A stretch of 64,000 nucleotides of DNA, from positions 1-64,000 of the IMG/VR virus record IMGVR_UViG_3300045995_000345; one strand, given 5' to 3'. The notes under the pieces were generated by a model. The model did no database searches. It was not told where the DNA came from and was given only the letters and a program-made list of their open reading frames with translations. This DNA is from a virus. Both the position numbers and the translations under genes were made by a program. This document shows positions 37,451 through 47,335 of the stretch, piece by piece (the first letter of the stretch is position 1; each line of letters starts with the position of its first letter).

Positions 37451-37861
37451 TTAGGACGCCGACCAAGTGGTTCCGTCGATGCAGCGGTACGTCCGGGGAA
37501 CTTTGGTGACGTGCGAGAAAGCTGCATCGGTGCTGCCGTCATTGATGTCTCCGCCGACGGGCGGGTACACCTTGAGGGTGCTTGCCGTTCCGTTGTAGAG
37601 GATGATCTCCAGGCCGGCGGAACCGGGCGGGAGAACCACTCCCTTGGTGTTATCGGCAGCCGTGACATCAATGATGCGCGCCGTGGTGGGGACGGCGGCG
37701 GCGTCAGCCTGCGTGCTGCCGGTTGCAGCCACGGTTCCAACCGTGCTGACCGGGGGAACGCTCTGGGTCACGGGGCCTTTGAAGACTCTCTGGCCACCCA
37801 CGGTAACCTGGGGCACCTGGGTCGCGTAAGTCTGACTGGATGGGACTTGGGAATTTGCCAT
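37451..37861 (-). CDS. capsid decoration-like protein
   Basis: TVAATGSTQADAAA...GVVLP...LKVYPPVGGDIN; downstream of the capsid gene. Confidence 0.6.
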   Translation of the reverse strand: MANSQVPSSQTYATQVPQVTVGGQRVFKGPVTQSVPPVSTVGTVAATGSTQADAAAVPTTARIIDVTAADNTKGVVLPPGSAGLEIILYNGTASTLKVYPPVGGDINDGSTDAAFSHVTKVPRTYRCIDGTTWSAS

Positions 37862-37906
37862 AAACTGTGAGTGTCGAGTGTTGCTGTTGCTGTCTGTCGG
37901 GGTTGA

Positions 37907-38311
37907 TTACGGGATTGGTGCCCATTCAGCGGGCAGGACCAGGTAGGAAACTCGGTTGGTGTCCGCCGCTTCAGTGCTGAAGATCGTGAACGAGACGCCA
38001 TTCGTGATGTTGCCAGTCCATAAGATCCCATTCGTAATGCTCCTACTCCCGGTTGCCTTGGAAAGCAGGATCATCGAATGCGTGTTCGTCACGTAGGACG
38101 ATGCCACCACCACACCGCCGGTCGAAAGGATGGCCGTGCCGTACTCGGCATACTTCAGCCACGCCAGGCGGTTTGTGGTAACGGTGGAAGCTGCGAGCTT
38201 GCTCCGGATGGTTCCCAGCGAATCAGTGTTCCTGAACGGCTGGTCAGCAATCGCCAGTGCGAACATCGCCACCAGCGAGCAGAGGATAACGGCTGCGAGA
38301 AGTTTCTTCAT
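37907..38311 (-). CDS. Thr/Asn-rich protein with N-terminal signal peptide
   Basis: MKKLLAAVILCSLVAMFALAIA; GTAILSTGGVVV...SFTIFST fibre-tip-like region. Confidence 0.65.
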   Translation of the reverse strand: MKKLLAAVILCSLVAMFALAIADQPFRNTDSLGTIRSKLAASTVTTNRLAWLKYAEYGTAILSTGGVVVASSYVTNTHSMILLSKATGSRSITNGILWTGNITNGVSFTIFSTEAADTNRVSYLVLPAEWAPIP

Positions 38312-38343
38312 GGTATCAGATGGGTTGGATCGTTGAGTTGGAA

Positions 38344-38377
38344 TCCGGCCGGAGGCTGCCTAAACACTCCGGCCGGA
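38344..38377 (-). other. 11-bp stem-loop after capsid gene (mRNA stabiliser/attenuator)
   Basis: TCCGGCCGGAG...CTCCGGCCGGA, no U tract. Confidence 0.55.
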
Positions 38378-38391
38378 CCACCATGCACCTG

Positions 38392-40182
38392 TTAGCTAAT
38401 CTCACACCCCGGAACCGTGACGGTCGGGCACGAATCCGGGAAGTTCTCGATGATCGCGTGACGGTTCACGTTCCCAACCTGAACCTCAATCGTGCGGGAG
38501 TTCAGCTTGTAGTGATTGATGTTCGGATCGATCACGCAGTTGTAAATGTTGTCCGCCACGTTGGTCTGGCGCGTCACCGACCGGCTGCCCAGCACGCCGA
38601 TGTTGATGTCCGACCAATCGATGAACCACAGCGAACGCGCCCGGTTCTTGGTGGAGTTCAGCGTCGCGGAGGCGCCGATGCGATCGTCGAAGTACTGGTC
38701 CGTGAAGACCGCCCACTGCACGCCCTGATCCGGAAGGTCGTAGATGTCGTACTCGAACACGAACCGCTTGCTGACGGTGTCCACGATCTTCTGGTTCGGC
38801 TGCATCATGATGTTGATGTCCGCCGAACTGCGGGCCTTGTAGTACTTGATCATCAGATCCCGAATCTTGCCCTTGGTGAACCTGTCCGTGAACGAATCGA
38901 TGACGGTGATGGACGAACCATCGTTCTCGCGCTCGCGCTTGAGCGAGTACACCAGCTCCATGATCGTGTCCGCGTTGAGGGCGACGCCTGCGCGGTCCGT
39001 GATCTTGGAACACTCGCCGAGCTGGGTCCGGATGCCGAGCGTGTTGGACTTGTACTCGAGCGTGCAGCCCGGGTTGGTGATGTCGTCCACCGTCGGGAGC
39101 GAAGTCCACGTCGAGACGGCCTGCAAGTTGGAGATGCGCTGGCCGTAGAAGATCGTGTTGTAGTACCAGAGCTGCATCAGGGCTTCCTGCTGCCGGCGCT
39201 GTTCCGCGATCGGGAGCGTGCGGAATTTCTTGAAGAACTCGCTGGTCGCCGGGGCTTCGAGCGCTTTGAGGTACTCGTCGTTGTACTGGTGCGTCCAGCG
39301 ATACGTCTGGCGCCAGTATTCAATGAGGCCGAGGTTGTTGACGGCCGGCTGTTGGTAGCACCAGGCTTCCTTGTCGGACACGGAGTTGAGACCCAGCATG
39401 AGCGTGCCGATTTCGACGCGGACCTTGTGAGCGAGCGCCTGGGGGGAGGGAGATCCGGAGGTGTCGGCCACGTATGCAGTCCACGCGGAGGCCGTAGCTT
39501 CGTAGGATTGGAAGTCCACGGGGGCGACGGCGACGTAGCAGACGGTCGTGCTGCCAGACTTGCCAACGGCGGAAACCACACGGTAGGCGACGGGGCCAAG
39601 GGCGGCGTCGTAATTGCCGGCGGTCACGTAGGACTTCCAGGCGGCGCCCGCGTAGCGGTTCGTCGATTCGACGTAGAGGTACATCCCGGGCAGGAAGTAC
39701 TTCTCGATGCTGGTGATGGCCGAGCCGAATCCGCCAGTGCTCGCGTTGACAGTGAGATACCAAGTGGTCGCTGGGAGCGTGGACGGCCAAGACTGGCCGC
39801 TGATCGGATCGGCCGGCTGCGTGGCCGTGCCTGCCGACACGAGGAAATAGCTGATGTTGACCTGGGACCGGCGCGGCACCAGCCGGTAGGGGGCGATGAC
39901 GCTCTGGTTGGGGCCGGGCGACGCGGACTTCATCGGCACATGCCGGCTGATCAAGAGATCCATCAAGGACCGTTGGCGCGCACCCATCAACCGGGCCTCC
40001 TTGGTCTGGGCGATGATGCGGTCCATGCCCACTTCCTTGAATTCTTGGGCGGAAAAATCGCTTTTGGTGAAGGGGCGGATGTCGGCGCGGGTCAGCGTGC
40101 AGCCGGTGCTGCCGTCAACTCCGAAAAAGAGGGGCGTGCAGTTGTCGGCGTTGAAACCAGGGAAAGCAACGTTTGAGGACAT
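38392..40182 (-). CDS. major capsid protein (large, 596 aa)
   Basis: Follows portal and scaffold; strongly GC3-biased codons; EYWRQTYR and C-terminal IEVQVGNVNRHAIIENF fit an HK97-type fold. Confidence 0.75.
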   Translation of the reverse strand: MSSNVAFPGFNADNCTPLFFGVDGSTGCTLTRADIRPFTKSDFSAQEFKEVGMDRIIAQTKEARLMGARQRSLMDLLISRHVPMKSASPGPNQSVIAPYRLVPRRSQVNISYFLVSAGTATQPADPISGQSWPSTLPATTWYLTVNASTGGFGSAITSIEKYFLPGMYLYVESTNRYAGAAWKSYVTAGNYDAALGPVAYRVVSAVGKSGSTTVCYVAVAPVDFQSYEATASAWTAYVADTSGSPSPQALAHKVRVEIGTLMLGLNSVSDKEAWCYQQPAVNNLGLIEYWRQTYRWTHQYNDEYLKALEAPATSEFFKKFRTLPIAEQRRQQEALMQLWYYNTIFYGQRISNLQAVSTWTSLPTVDDITNPGCTLEYKSNTLGIRTQLGECSKITDRAGVALNADTIMELVYSLKRERENDGSSITVIDSFTDRFTKGKIRDLMIKYYKARSSADINIMMQPNQKIVDTVSKRFVFEYDIYDLPDQGVQWAVFTDQYFDDRIGASATLNSTKNRARSLWFIDWSDINIGVLGSRSVTRQTNVADNIYNCVIDPNINHYKLNSRTIEVQVGNVNRHAIIENFPDSCPTVTVPGCEIS

Positions 40183-40251
40183 AGGGTGAAGTTCGTTTTG
40201 TTCGATGTTCTTCTATCGCGATGCTATTCATCTGCAACGGAATGCGTATCT

Positions 40252-40300
40252 GCAAACAAAAGCCCCGTCTGACGCGATTTTCTTTCACGCCAGACGGGGT
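40252..40300 (-). terminator. intrinsic terminator between scaffold and capsid genes
   Basis: On - strand ACCCCGTCTGGCGTGA-loop-TCGCGTCAGACGGGGC then TTTTGTTTG; G.U pairs form only on this strand. Confidence 0.7.
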
Positions 40301-40326
40301 GCTGTCCCCGTGCCCGATTGGTCAGA

Positions 40327-41676
40327 TCACTTTTTCAGTTCTAGAGTGTCCAAAATCTCCCGTTGAAGCTCCGTAAGTTGTTGGGTTGCAGTTCCGTCAA
40401 CGGCTCCAGGCGCGGCGCTCGGGAGAACGCGTGTTCCGGATGACTGAGGCAGTCCTTCTGCCTGTTTGGGTGCTGGAGTCACCTTAACCCTCGCGAAACC
40501 TCGCTTCACGGCGCGCTCTTCTTCAGTTTTGATGACGGTTTTCGCGTCGTTGATGGCTTGAACGCGCAACATTCGGAGCACGTCGTTGCTGGTGAGCGTC
40601 CAGTTGTTGGAAACCGACTTTCCAGACTGTTGCAGCTCCATCCATTTCCCGGGCGTGATGAACATCTTGCCGTCGCGCACCTTGGCGTCCCCTCCCTTGC
40701 GATCGAATATCTCCGCCTGGGTGGAAACGAACTGCATGAGGTAGTTGTGACGCTGGAACAGGTCTGGTTCCTTGGCTGGATCTGCAATTCGGTCCACGCC
40801 ATGGATGAGTCGCAGGTAATCCGTCGCCAACTGGGATGCCGATTGGCGGAAGCTCTCGAATACCTCAGCCTCCAGTGGATCTTCGCTCTTGGTCTCGGCT
40901 GCCAGCTCTGTTTCAAACGTCCCAACCTGCTTGTCGATCTGGGGTCTCACTCGCGCCTCGAGGGCGTCGCGCTCTGCTTTTTCGAGCCGGCCAGATTGAG
41001 CCTTGTCGCGTTCGGCCATCTTCACTTCCGCGCGCGCGTCCGCGATTCGCTCGATGCGAACTCGTTCCCGGCTGCCGGACCAGTCCGGCTTGTTCTTGCC
41101 GAGAAACTCCATGAACTGGGGATCGTTCTCGTCAAACGTGCGGTCTGAGTCCCCCTCATGTTCCTTCACCCACACGTCCATCTTCTTGTAGAACCCGGTG
41201 AGCTTGTCCTTCAGCCCTTTGAACTTGGGATCGAACTTCTCGGCGTACTCCGCGTCGGCAATCTCCTCAGTCTGCTCCGGGGACATCGCCTCGCCAGCCG
41301 ATGGCGCGACTGCCTCCTCTTTCTTCGGCGGCAGCGCCTCTGCTGTCTTGGGAGGAAGGGGAGGTGCCTGGCCGCTCCGGTTCAGCTCCTCCATCTTCTT
41401 CGCAAAGACATCCTCCGCGATGGCCCTTGGATCCTGGCGTTGCTTGGTGGTGACCTTGGGCGCTGGAGGGGGTGTCTCTTCAGCGGGCTTGATGACTGGC
41501 GGGGCCTCTGCGGGAGTCCCGTCGTCCTTCTGCCTCTCGGCTGCGATCACAATGCTGAGGTCGTCAGCAAGTGCGCCCAGTAGCGGATCATCTACGATCC
41601 GTGGTATTTTCTCTTCTGCTGCGGGCGGTGCGCCCGGTGCCTCCGCTTTCGCGGGCGGCGTGCTCTCTCCTGCCAT
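40327..41676 (-). CDS. capsid scaffolding protein (putative)
   Basis: Pro/Glu-rich N-terminus, charged coiled coil, between portal and capsid. Confidence 0.65.
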   Translation of the reverse strand: MAGESTPPAKAEAPGAPPAAEEKIPRIVDDPLLGALADDLSIVIAAERQKDDGTPAEAPPVIKPAEETPPPAPKVTTKQRQDPRAIAEDVFAKKMEELNRSGQAPPLPPKTAEALPPKKEEAVAPSAGEAMSPEQTEEIADAEYAEKFDPKFKGLKDKLTGFYKKMDVWVKEHEGDSDRTFDENDPQFMEFLGKNKPDWSGSRERVRIERIADARAEVKMAERDKAQSGRLEKAERDALEARVRPQIDKQVGTFETELAAETKSEDPLEAEVFESFRQSASQLATDYLRLIHGVDRIADPAKEPDLFQRHNYLMQFVSTQAEIFDRKGGDAKVRDGKMFITPGKWMELQQSGKSVSNNWTLTSNDVLRMLRVQAINDAKTVIKTEEERAVKRGFARVKVTPAPKQAEGLPQSSGTRVLPSAAPGAVDGTATQQLTELQREILDTLELKK

Positions 41677-41679
41677 AAA

Positions 41680-43920
41680 TTACTGCGTCGGTAACTGCGC
41701 CTGCTCCACGCCCACAGGCGGCCCTTGCGGGGCCATGGGTGCCTGCGGCTGCGGCGGCAACACCATCATGGCGTCCTGGCCTGGCGGCGGCTCAATGAGC
41801 ACGTCGGCCCCGGCGCCCGACTGACGGACGATGGAGTTAAGCACGTCGGCGAGCTGGCCCTTGGTGACCATGGCCATGGCTGCCGGCTGCATGAGGACAC
41901 CCAACATCTGGACCAGCGTTTGGGCAGCCTGAATGTTGCTCGATCGTTCCGACCCGTCCCGAGAGTTGAAGATGTACTCCGCCGAGAGCTTGGCCTTGCT
42001 GCCGGTAACCACGAAATGCGTCCGGTCAGTGCCTGGGGCCATCTCTTCTTCATCCGTGACCCGAAATCCTGCCAGTTCTGCGGTCTTCCGGCGATAACGG
42101 GCGATGACCGGAAGGGAAATCTCGTCTTCACCGCACGAAAGCAGGGCGTTGTAGAGATAACGCTTCAAGGCGGCGCGGCCCGCATCGATGGAGTCCGAGA
42201 TCATCTGGTAGAGGTTCTCGGTTGTGCCGGCGATCACCTGAATCTCCGTCGCCGAAGTCTCGCGCGGACTCAGTTGGGCCTGTTCCTGGGGGGACATAGC
42301 CATTACGCGTTCGGTGATAGCAAGCACCTGGGAGATGCAGTTCAGCAACACGTTGATCTGCGTGTTGGGCGTCTGGCGGATGACCTTGAACACGTTGTCC
42401 AAGTCAACGCCAAGCTCCTTCATCTTGATGATACTCACCTCCAGCATGGAGATGGTCGTCCAGAAGTTCTCGCTCCTGAATGCGGCCCTGAATTCTTTCA
42501 GCACCTTCTGGGCGTTCTCATCTGCGGTTGGGAACGCATCGATGTTGAGCACGGCAATCCCGAACAGGTCGCGCCGAGCGCATTCGAGAAGCTGCGTGAA
42601 CAGGTTCGTGAGCTGGTCCTGCCACGGCAGAAGCTCGTGCGCCATGCTCAGGTTGTTCTGCCTCTGAGCTGACGTGTTGTGCGTGAAAACGAATCCTGGG
42701 CAGTCGGGCATGAACTCAGCCGCCACAACGGTCCGGCTGTTGGCGATAACCAGGTGGAGCCACACCGGGAACGGGTACCGTCCCATCCGCCATTGGTTGG
42801 GTTTGATCTTCCAGTAGAGGTGCGTCAGATAAACCGCCGCGTCCCGCTGGGATGAGGAGTACCTACCAATGTTGGCCTTGCGATCGTTTTCGCTGGCCAG
42901 AGTTGGGTCGCTCTGGGGAGCCGTCACCGTCGTGTAATACTGGGAGAAGTAGCTGCTGTAGCTGCCCATCCAGTTCATGGACACTTCGCCGAAGCTGAGT
43001 TCGGAACGGTTGAACATGTCCGCGTTGTCGGCTACCTGACCGTAACGGACAACGTCCCAGAACCCGAACCACTCGCAGCCCGTGTCGCTGTTGATGCTGT
43101 GAATGGGGTGGGCGCTGTCGTAAATAACCCGGCTGGGATGCGGAGCCACCAAGGGCACTCCCTGGCGTTTGATCCGGCTCTGAATGATCGGTTCTCCGTC
43201 CTCTCCCAACTGGAATTCCGGCGCCGTTCCATCGTCGGCCGAAACCCATTCGGACTCGCGATCCCAGACGCACGCCGGGAACACCACGCAGTAGGGGTAC
43301 AGGAGCATGTCCCGAATCCACTGGATCTGAGCCTCCCGGTAGCCGTACTGGTCCGCCATAATGTCCTGGCGCTGGGATGTGAGGTCCGCCCGAAGCTTGT
43401 CCGCCTCGCCGGTGCCGCGCGTCTCGTAACGGAAGAACGGGTAGAGGTTCGTGAACCTGGCAGACTGGGCAGCCACGCGCCGGGTAATCACTGAGCGGAC
43501 GATGTTGACGTTTACCTCCGAGAACTTGGGCAGCTCGATGTACTGCTGCTTCTTGTCGGGACTGTTCTTGACGTACTCATCCTTGCATCCCAGCGAATTC
43601 AGGGCAGTGATGCACGCTTCGATACCGATGCGCCGCTGGGCGTAGAGGACAAGGGGAATGGTGCGACGCGTGATGGTGGACGAATCCCACGCGAGATCCA
43701 CGGCGGCGAACAGGTGCGAATTCTTCAGCGTTTGCAGAATGGCGTCATCGATTCGACTGCCAATGAGATCCTCAATGCGGCGGCGCATCTCGCAGTCTAA
43801 CCGTGCTTCCTCGCGCTCCTTGTCGCTCGCATCAAGCGCGGCCGGCTTCGCTGTGAACAGCTCTTGGAGTCGCTTCTGGCTGGTTCCCAGCTTTTCGAGC
43901 AGCGCATAATTTAGCGGCAT
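41680..43920 (-). CDS. portal protein (putative)
   Basis: 746 aa, first large late gene next to terL; TSATEI motif; Gln/Pro tail typical of P22-like portals. Confidence 0.75.
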   Translation of the reverse strand: MPLNYALLEKLGTSQKRLQELFTAKPAALDASDKEREEARLDCEMRRRIEDLIGSRIDDAILQTLKNSHLFAAVDLAWDSSTITRRTIPLVLYAQRRIGIEACITALNSLGCKDEYVKNSPDKKQQYIELPKFSEVNVNIVRSVITRRVAAQSARFTNLYPFFRYETRGTGEADKLRADLTSQRQDIMADQYGYREAQIQWIRDMLLYPYCVVFPACVWDRESEWVSADDGTAPEFQLGEDGEPIIQSRIKRQGVPLVAPHPSRVIYDSAHPIHSINSDTGCEWFGFWDVVRYGQVADNADMFNRSELSFGEVSMNWMGSYSSYFSQYYTTVTAPQSDPTLASENDRKANIGRYSSSQRDAAVYLTHLYWKIKPNQWRMGRYPFPVWLHLVIANSRTVVAAEFMPDCPGFVFTHNTSAQRQNNLSMAHELLPWQDQLTNLFTQLLECARRDLFGIAVLNIDAFPTADENAQKVLKEFRAAFRSENFWTTISMLEVSIIKMKELGVDLDNVFKVIRQTPNTQINVLLNCISQVLAITERVMAMSPQEQAQLSPRETSATEIQVIAGTTENLYQMISDSIDAGRAALKRYLYNALLSCGEDEISLPVIARYRRKTAELAGFRVTDEEEMAPGTDRTHFVVTGSKAKLSAEYIFNSRDGSERSSNIQAAQTLVQMLGVLMQPAAMAMVTKGQLADVLNSIVRQSGAGADVLIEPPPGQDAMMVLPPQPQAPMAPQGPPVGVEQAQLPTQ

Positions 43921-44173
43921 AGTCGGCCTTGTCTTTTCGGAATTGAGTCTCCCTCATCAAGAACAGGAGGGCAGCGTGTGGGGGGATGTGATTATCCTTG
44001 ATCCACCGATCGATGGTGATGGACGGAACGCAGCACATGGCCCCGAGAACGTAACGGTTTTCCTGAACGAACTCGCAGCACTTCTCAAAGCGTTCCTTGG
44101 TCCACCCGGAGGTGACGCCGAGATCCCGGTAAACTCTGAAGAACTGGTAAACACGAGGGTTGCGGACTTTCAG
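43832..44173 (-). CDS. possible Cro-like HTH protein with non-canonical start
   Basis: Open frame ...RYVLGAMCCVPSITIDRWIKDNHIPPHAALLF; CTG at 44173 is the plausible upstream start. Confidence 0.4.
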   Translation of the reverse strand: MKVRNPRVYQFFRVYRDLGVTSGWTKERFEKCCEFVQENRYVLGAMCCVPSITIDRWIKDNHIPPHAALLFLMRETQFRKDKADYAAKLCAARKAGNQPEATPRAVHSEAGRA

Positions 44174-44181
44174 TGTGCGGT

Positions 44182-44472
44182 CTAGCTCTTCTTCATCATT
44201 GCGGCCATGACTGCGGGCATTGCGCCTCCTTCGGAAGCCCCACTTTCTTCCGCCGTCATCGATTCCCCCATGGCTCCAGCCTCCTCTTCGGTCTCCGGCG
44301 GTTCCTCCATGATGCTGGCGCTTTCGACGGAGAAGACGGCTTGATCCCCGGCGACTTCGTCCAGGGAGGCTTCCACCTCGAATGTGGCCTTGTCGTTGGG
44401 GGCCAGTTTGGAGAGCTTTTCCTTCAGGTCCGGGTTGCCTGAGATCCCGAGAACGAGTTTGTTGGTGTTCAT
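44182..44472 (-). CDS. small acidic hypothetical protein
   Basis: MNTNKLVLGIS...; first gene of the late operon. Confidence 0.6.
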   Translation of the reverse strand: MNTNKLVLGISGNPDLKEKLSKLAPNDKATFEVEASLDEVAGDQAVFSVESASIMEEPPETEEEAGAMGESMTAEESGASEGGAMPAVMAAMMKKS

Positions 44473-44568
44473 CGCTGTTTGATGTGCTACCATTTTCTTA
44501 GTTTCAATCCGCGCCCGTCTCTCAACCGGGCGATGGGGCCACGATGCCATCCAACCAACGCCTAGTCA

Positions 44569-46143
44569 ATGCCCACCGACAAACTCACGGAAATCGAGAT
44601 CGACACGTTCGCCTCGTTGGATGAAGTGGAGCAGGGCGATTGGAGGCGATCTCCGATCGATTACGAACCCGATCACAAGCCCCGACCCACCAAGACCGAG
44701 CCCTGGGAGCCGGACCTTAATCCAACCCAGAAACTCGCTTTCGATGATCCCACCAAGTTCATCTTGATGGCTGGTGAGAAGTTCAGCGGAAAGTCGATCG
44801 GGGCGGAGCACAAACTGGTCCGGCATTGTTACGAGAACTGGGACGCGCTTGGGTTGGTGTTCACGCCCTCAATCCGCACAGGAAAGTTTGGCGTGATGGC
44901 TGACCTTGAAACTCTGATCCTGCCATCCTGGGAGGAGGGCATAGGATTGGAGTGGAAACCCAGCCGGCTGGATCCAAGCACCAAGGATAGGGTGATGAAA
45001 GTGGGCAACCGGTTCGGAGGTTGGTCCACGATCCTGCAAATCTCGATCCCCTACGAAGAGGCCATCGCCTCGCGCATCAAGGGCGTTGCGCCTTCCTTCA
45101 TTTTGGGAGACGAGCTTACGGACTGCGATGGGCGCAAGTATTTCTCAACGATGGTGAGCCAGCTTGGCAGGCGGCGCAACATCACGGGACCTCAGCAATT
45201 CGTTGGGACGTGCAACCCCAAAGGCCCAAGCAACTGGGTTTACAAGGTCTGGTTTGAGGAACCGGTTGATCACGTCACAGGTGTTTCAAATCCTAATTTC
45301 AAGGTTTACCACGTTCCGTTCACTGAGAACTCCCACCGCCCGGAAGCCACCGAGTACATCGCGACCTTGCTGGAGGCGGTGAGGTACGACCCAATCGAGA
45401 AGGCGCGCCTGGTTGACGGCAAGTGGATCGAGATGCCCACTGGAGATTCTCTGTTCCGGGAACACTTCAAATCCACGGAGCATGTCGTTGGCAACTCAGC
45501 CTTGGGAACCGGCATTGTTCCCAACCCAGCCTTCCCGTGTTACGTCGGCTACGACTTGGGGCAGGTTTACAGCGCGGCGGTGTTCCTTCAGCTTGTCCCC
45601 ACAAATCAGGGTGACGTGTGGACCGTGTTCGACGAGATCGTTCACCTGCGGGAGAAGATCCTCTACAAGAACATGGCCAAAGAAGTGGTTGACCAGATGC
45701 TTCTCTGGAACAAGGCGCTTGGGCGAAACCTCGCCTGGGAACACATCGCGGACGATTCAGCCATCAACCAGTGGCGCCCGGGGTCTGGCTCTTACGATGC
45801 CTGGGAATTCGAGCGGGAGTTCAACAAGGCCGCTCTGGTGCATGGGTTGCAAGAGATGCGTATGATTGGCTGCCCGAAGGGACCGGGGAGCGTTGGGGCT
45901 AGGACACGCATTGGCAAGGCTCTACTGATGGCGGATCGCATCCTGATTTCGGACATCTGCGACCGGGTGAAGGACATGTTCCTGATGATCGAATCCGAGA
46001 AGGATGACCCAACCAAACCGAAGAAGACTGTCGCCGGCCACATCCATGTCTGGGACGCCCTGTCCTATCCACTGCTCAAGTATGAACTGAAAGGCGGAGC
46101 CTCAGTTGGCCCCGCCGTGCTTTCGTTCTCCCAAGGGAGATAG
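44569..46143 (+). CDS. terL: terminase large subunit
   Basis: LNPTQ adenine-binding, AGEKFSGKS Walker A, ILGDE Walker B, TCNP, VGYDLG and HVWDALSY nuclease motifs. Confidence 0.9.
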   Translation: MPTDKLTEIEIDTFASLDEVEQGDWRRSPIDYEPDHKPRPTKTEPWEPDLNPTQKLAFDDPTKFILMAGEKFSGKSIGAEHKLVRHCYENWDALGLVFTPSIRTGKFGVMADLETLILPSWEEGIGLEWKPSRLDPSTKDRVMKVGNRFGGWSTILQISIPYEEAIASRIKGVAPSFILGDELTDCDGRKYFSTMVSQLGRRRNITGPQQFVGTCNPKGPSNWVYKVWFEEPVDHVTGVSNPNFKVYHVPFTENSHRPEATEYIATLLEAVRYDPIEKARLVDGKWIEMPTGDSLFREHFKSTEHVVGNSALGTGIVPNPAFPCYVGYDLGQVYSAAVFLQLVPTNQGDVWTVFDEIVHLREKILYKNMAKEVVDQMLLWNKALGRNLAWEHIADDSAINQWRPGSGSYDAWEFEREFNKAALVHGLQEMRMIGCPKGPGSVGARTRIGKALLMADRILISDICDRVKDMFLMIESEKDDPTKPKKTVAGHIHVWDALSYPLLKYELKGGASVGPAVLSFSQGR

Positions 46144-46265
46144 AAACTCAGTTTCTAAGACGGATCACTTGGCGTATTCCACTTGGGGAAGTTCAATTTG
46201 GACTTTCGGCTGAGGCGCCGCGCACCCGGACAGGAGTGCTACGGCGACAATTGCGAGGAGGCGTC

Positions 46266-46709
46266 TCATATTGTGAGGATAAACAGACTGCGGCGTTCCT
46301 GTTCGCTCATCGTGAATTCCATCTGTGTCTGCGGCTCCCACTCGACGATTACGGCTACGCCGTTACGCTCGACAATCACCGGATTGATCTCGTGCCGCTC
46401 CCCATCGTCCCGGTCGTAGATGCACCACCCGAACGGAAGCCCGGTCGCCCCGGCGGTTGGTGTCCGGCCGTGCATCGCCGCCGCCTGAGACCACGAGTGC
46501 CGCGCGAACTTGTCGCAGTCCCGCTTGTTCTCCTGGAAGAAGTCGATCCCCATCGCCGCCATGTTCCGACCGAATGCCGGAGCGAACACGTTGACGAGCC
46601 ACGCCTCAGTCGGGACCTGATAGGCGGAGTCCAACAGGACGAAGCCGCGCTCCGGCTCCTGGTAGCGCCGGACCAGCATCTCTCCGAGCTGTTGGGTGGT
46701 GAGGATCAT
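46266..46709 (-). CDS. papain/transglutaminase-like cysteine hydrolase (agglutinin C-terminal-like)
   Basis: DCDKFA...HEIN...EPQT. Confidence 0.6.
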   Translation of the reverse strand: MILTTQQLGEMLVRRYQEPERGFVLLDSAYQVPTEAWLVNVFAPAFGRNMAAMGIDFFQENKRDCDKFARHSWSQAAAMHGRTPTAGATGLPFGWCIYDRDDGERHEINPVIVERNGVAVIVEWEPQTQMEFTMSEQERRSLFILTI

Positions 46710-46897
46710 TGCGGCTTCGGAGGCAGCGGGCCGTGAACCTTCCACGCGGGAGATGCGAACATGGCGTTCTTCGCAGCATCAAACGCTGCCACCTGTTCCG
46801 GCGTCCATTCGTTGGTTCGCACGGCTTCGTTGCGAATATCCGTAGCTACCTTGATCAACGAGGGCAGCATTCCCATAATCATCATGGCGAGTTCCAT
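46706..46897 (-). CDS. small hypothetical protein
   Basis: Operon-packed, ATGA overlap. Confidence 0.55.
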   Translation of the reverse strand: MELAMMIMGMLPSLIKVATDIRNEAVRTNEWTPEQVAAFDAAKNAMFASPAWKVHGPLPPKPQ

Positions 46898-46900
46898 AGG

Positions 46901-47335
46901 TCACTTCACTTTCTTTTGTTGGGCTTGGGCTTCGGCGAGATGTTTCGTGGTTTCGTCGATGCCGGTTTGGAGGACTGCTAACGCGGTCAACAGGCTGGCT
47001 TTGTTGTCAATCGTTCGGTTGGCCCGATAAGCGTCAACAAGTGCCTGAGCCGTGTTGATCCATCCGGGTGCGTCTTGGCGAACATTGTCAGCGGCCGTGC
47101 GAACAGCCTGTCCGAGTTCTCCATTCTTGTTGTGGGCGTCCTCGTAATTAACGAAGGTGTCCGTCACGGACTTGCCAATGGCGAGCGTCTGTTCGGCGCG
47201 AATCAGCACAGGGTCGCCGTGCAGGTTGGCGCAGCCAGACGAACACCCCGCGACAATGCCGACGGGCGCGATGTAGGTGAGTGGGATGATGACGGCCAGA
47301 ATAACGGCCCCAAAGAGTGATCTGATTTTGTTCAT
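46901..47335 (-). CDS. putative lipoprotein (lysis-cassette region)
   Basis: Hydrophobic N-terminus then VAGC/SSGC lipobox-like sequence. Confidence 0.55.
   Translation of the reverse strand: MNKIRSLFGAVILAVIIPLTYIAPVGIVAGCSSGCANLHGDPVLIRAEQTLAIGKSVTDTFVNYEDAHNKNGELGQAVRTAADNVRQDAPGWINTAQALVDAYRANRTIDNKASLLTALAVLQTGIDETTKHLAEAQAQQKKVK

Noticed and set aside
38320-40176. 618-aa antisense ORF covering the capsid gene
   Set aside because: Shadow frame produced by extreme GC3 codon bias; Arg/Val/Asp-rich with no motifs
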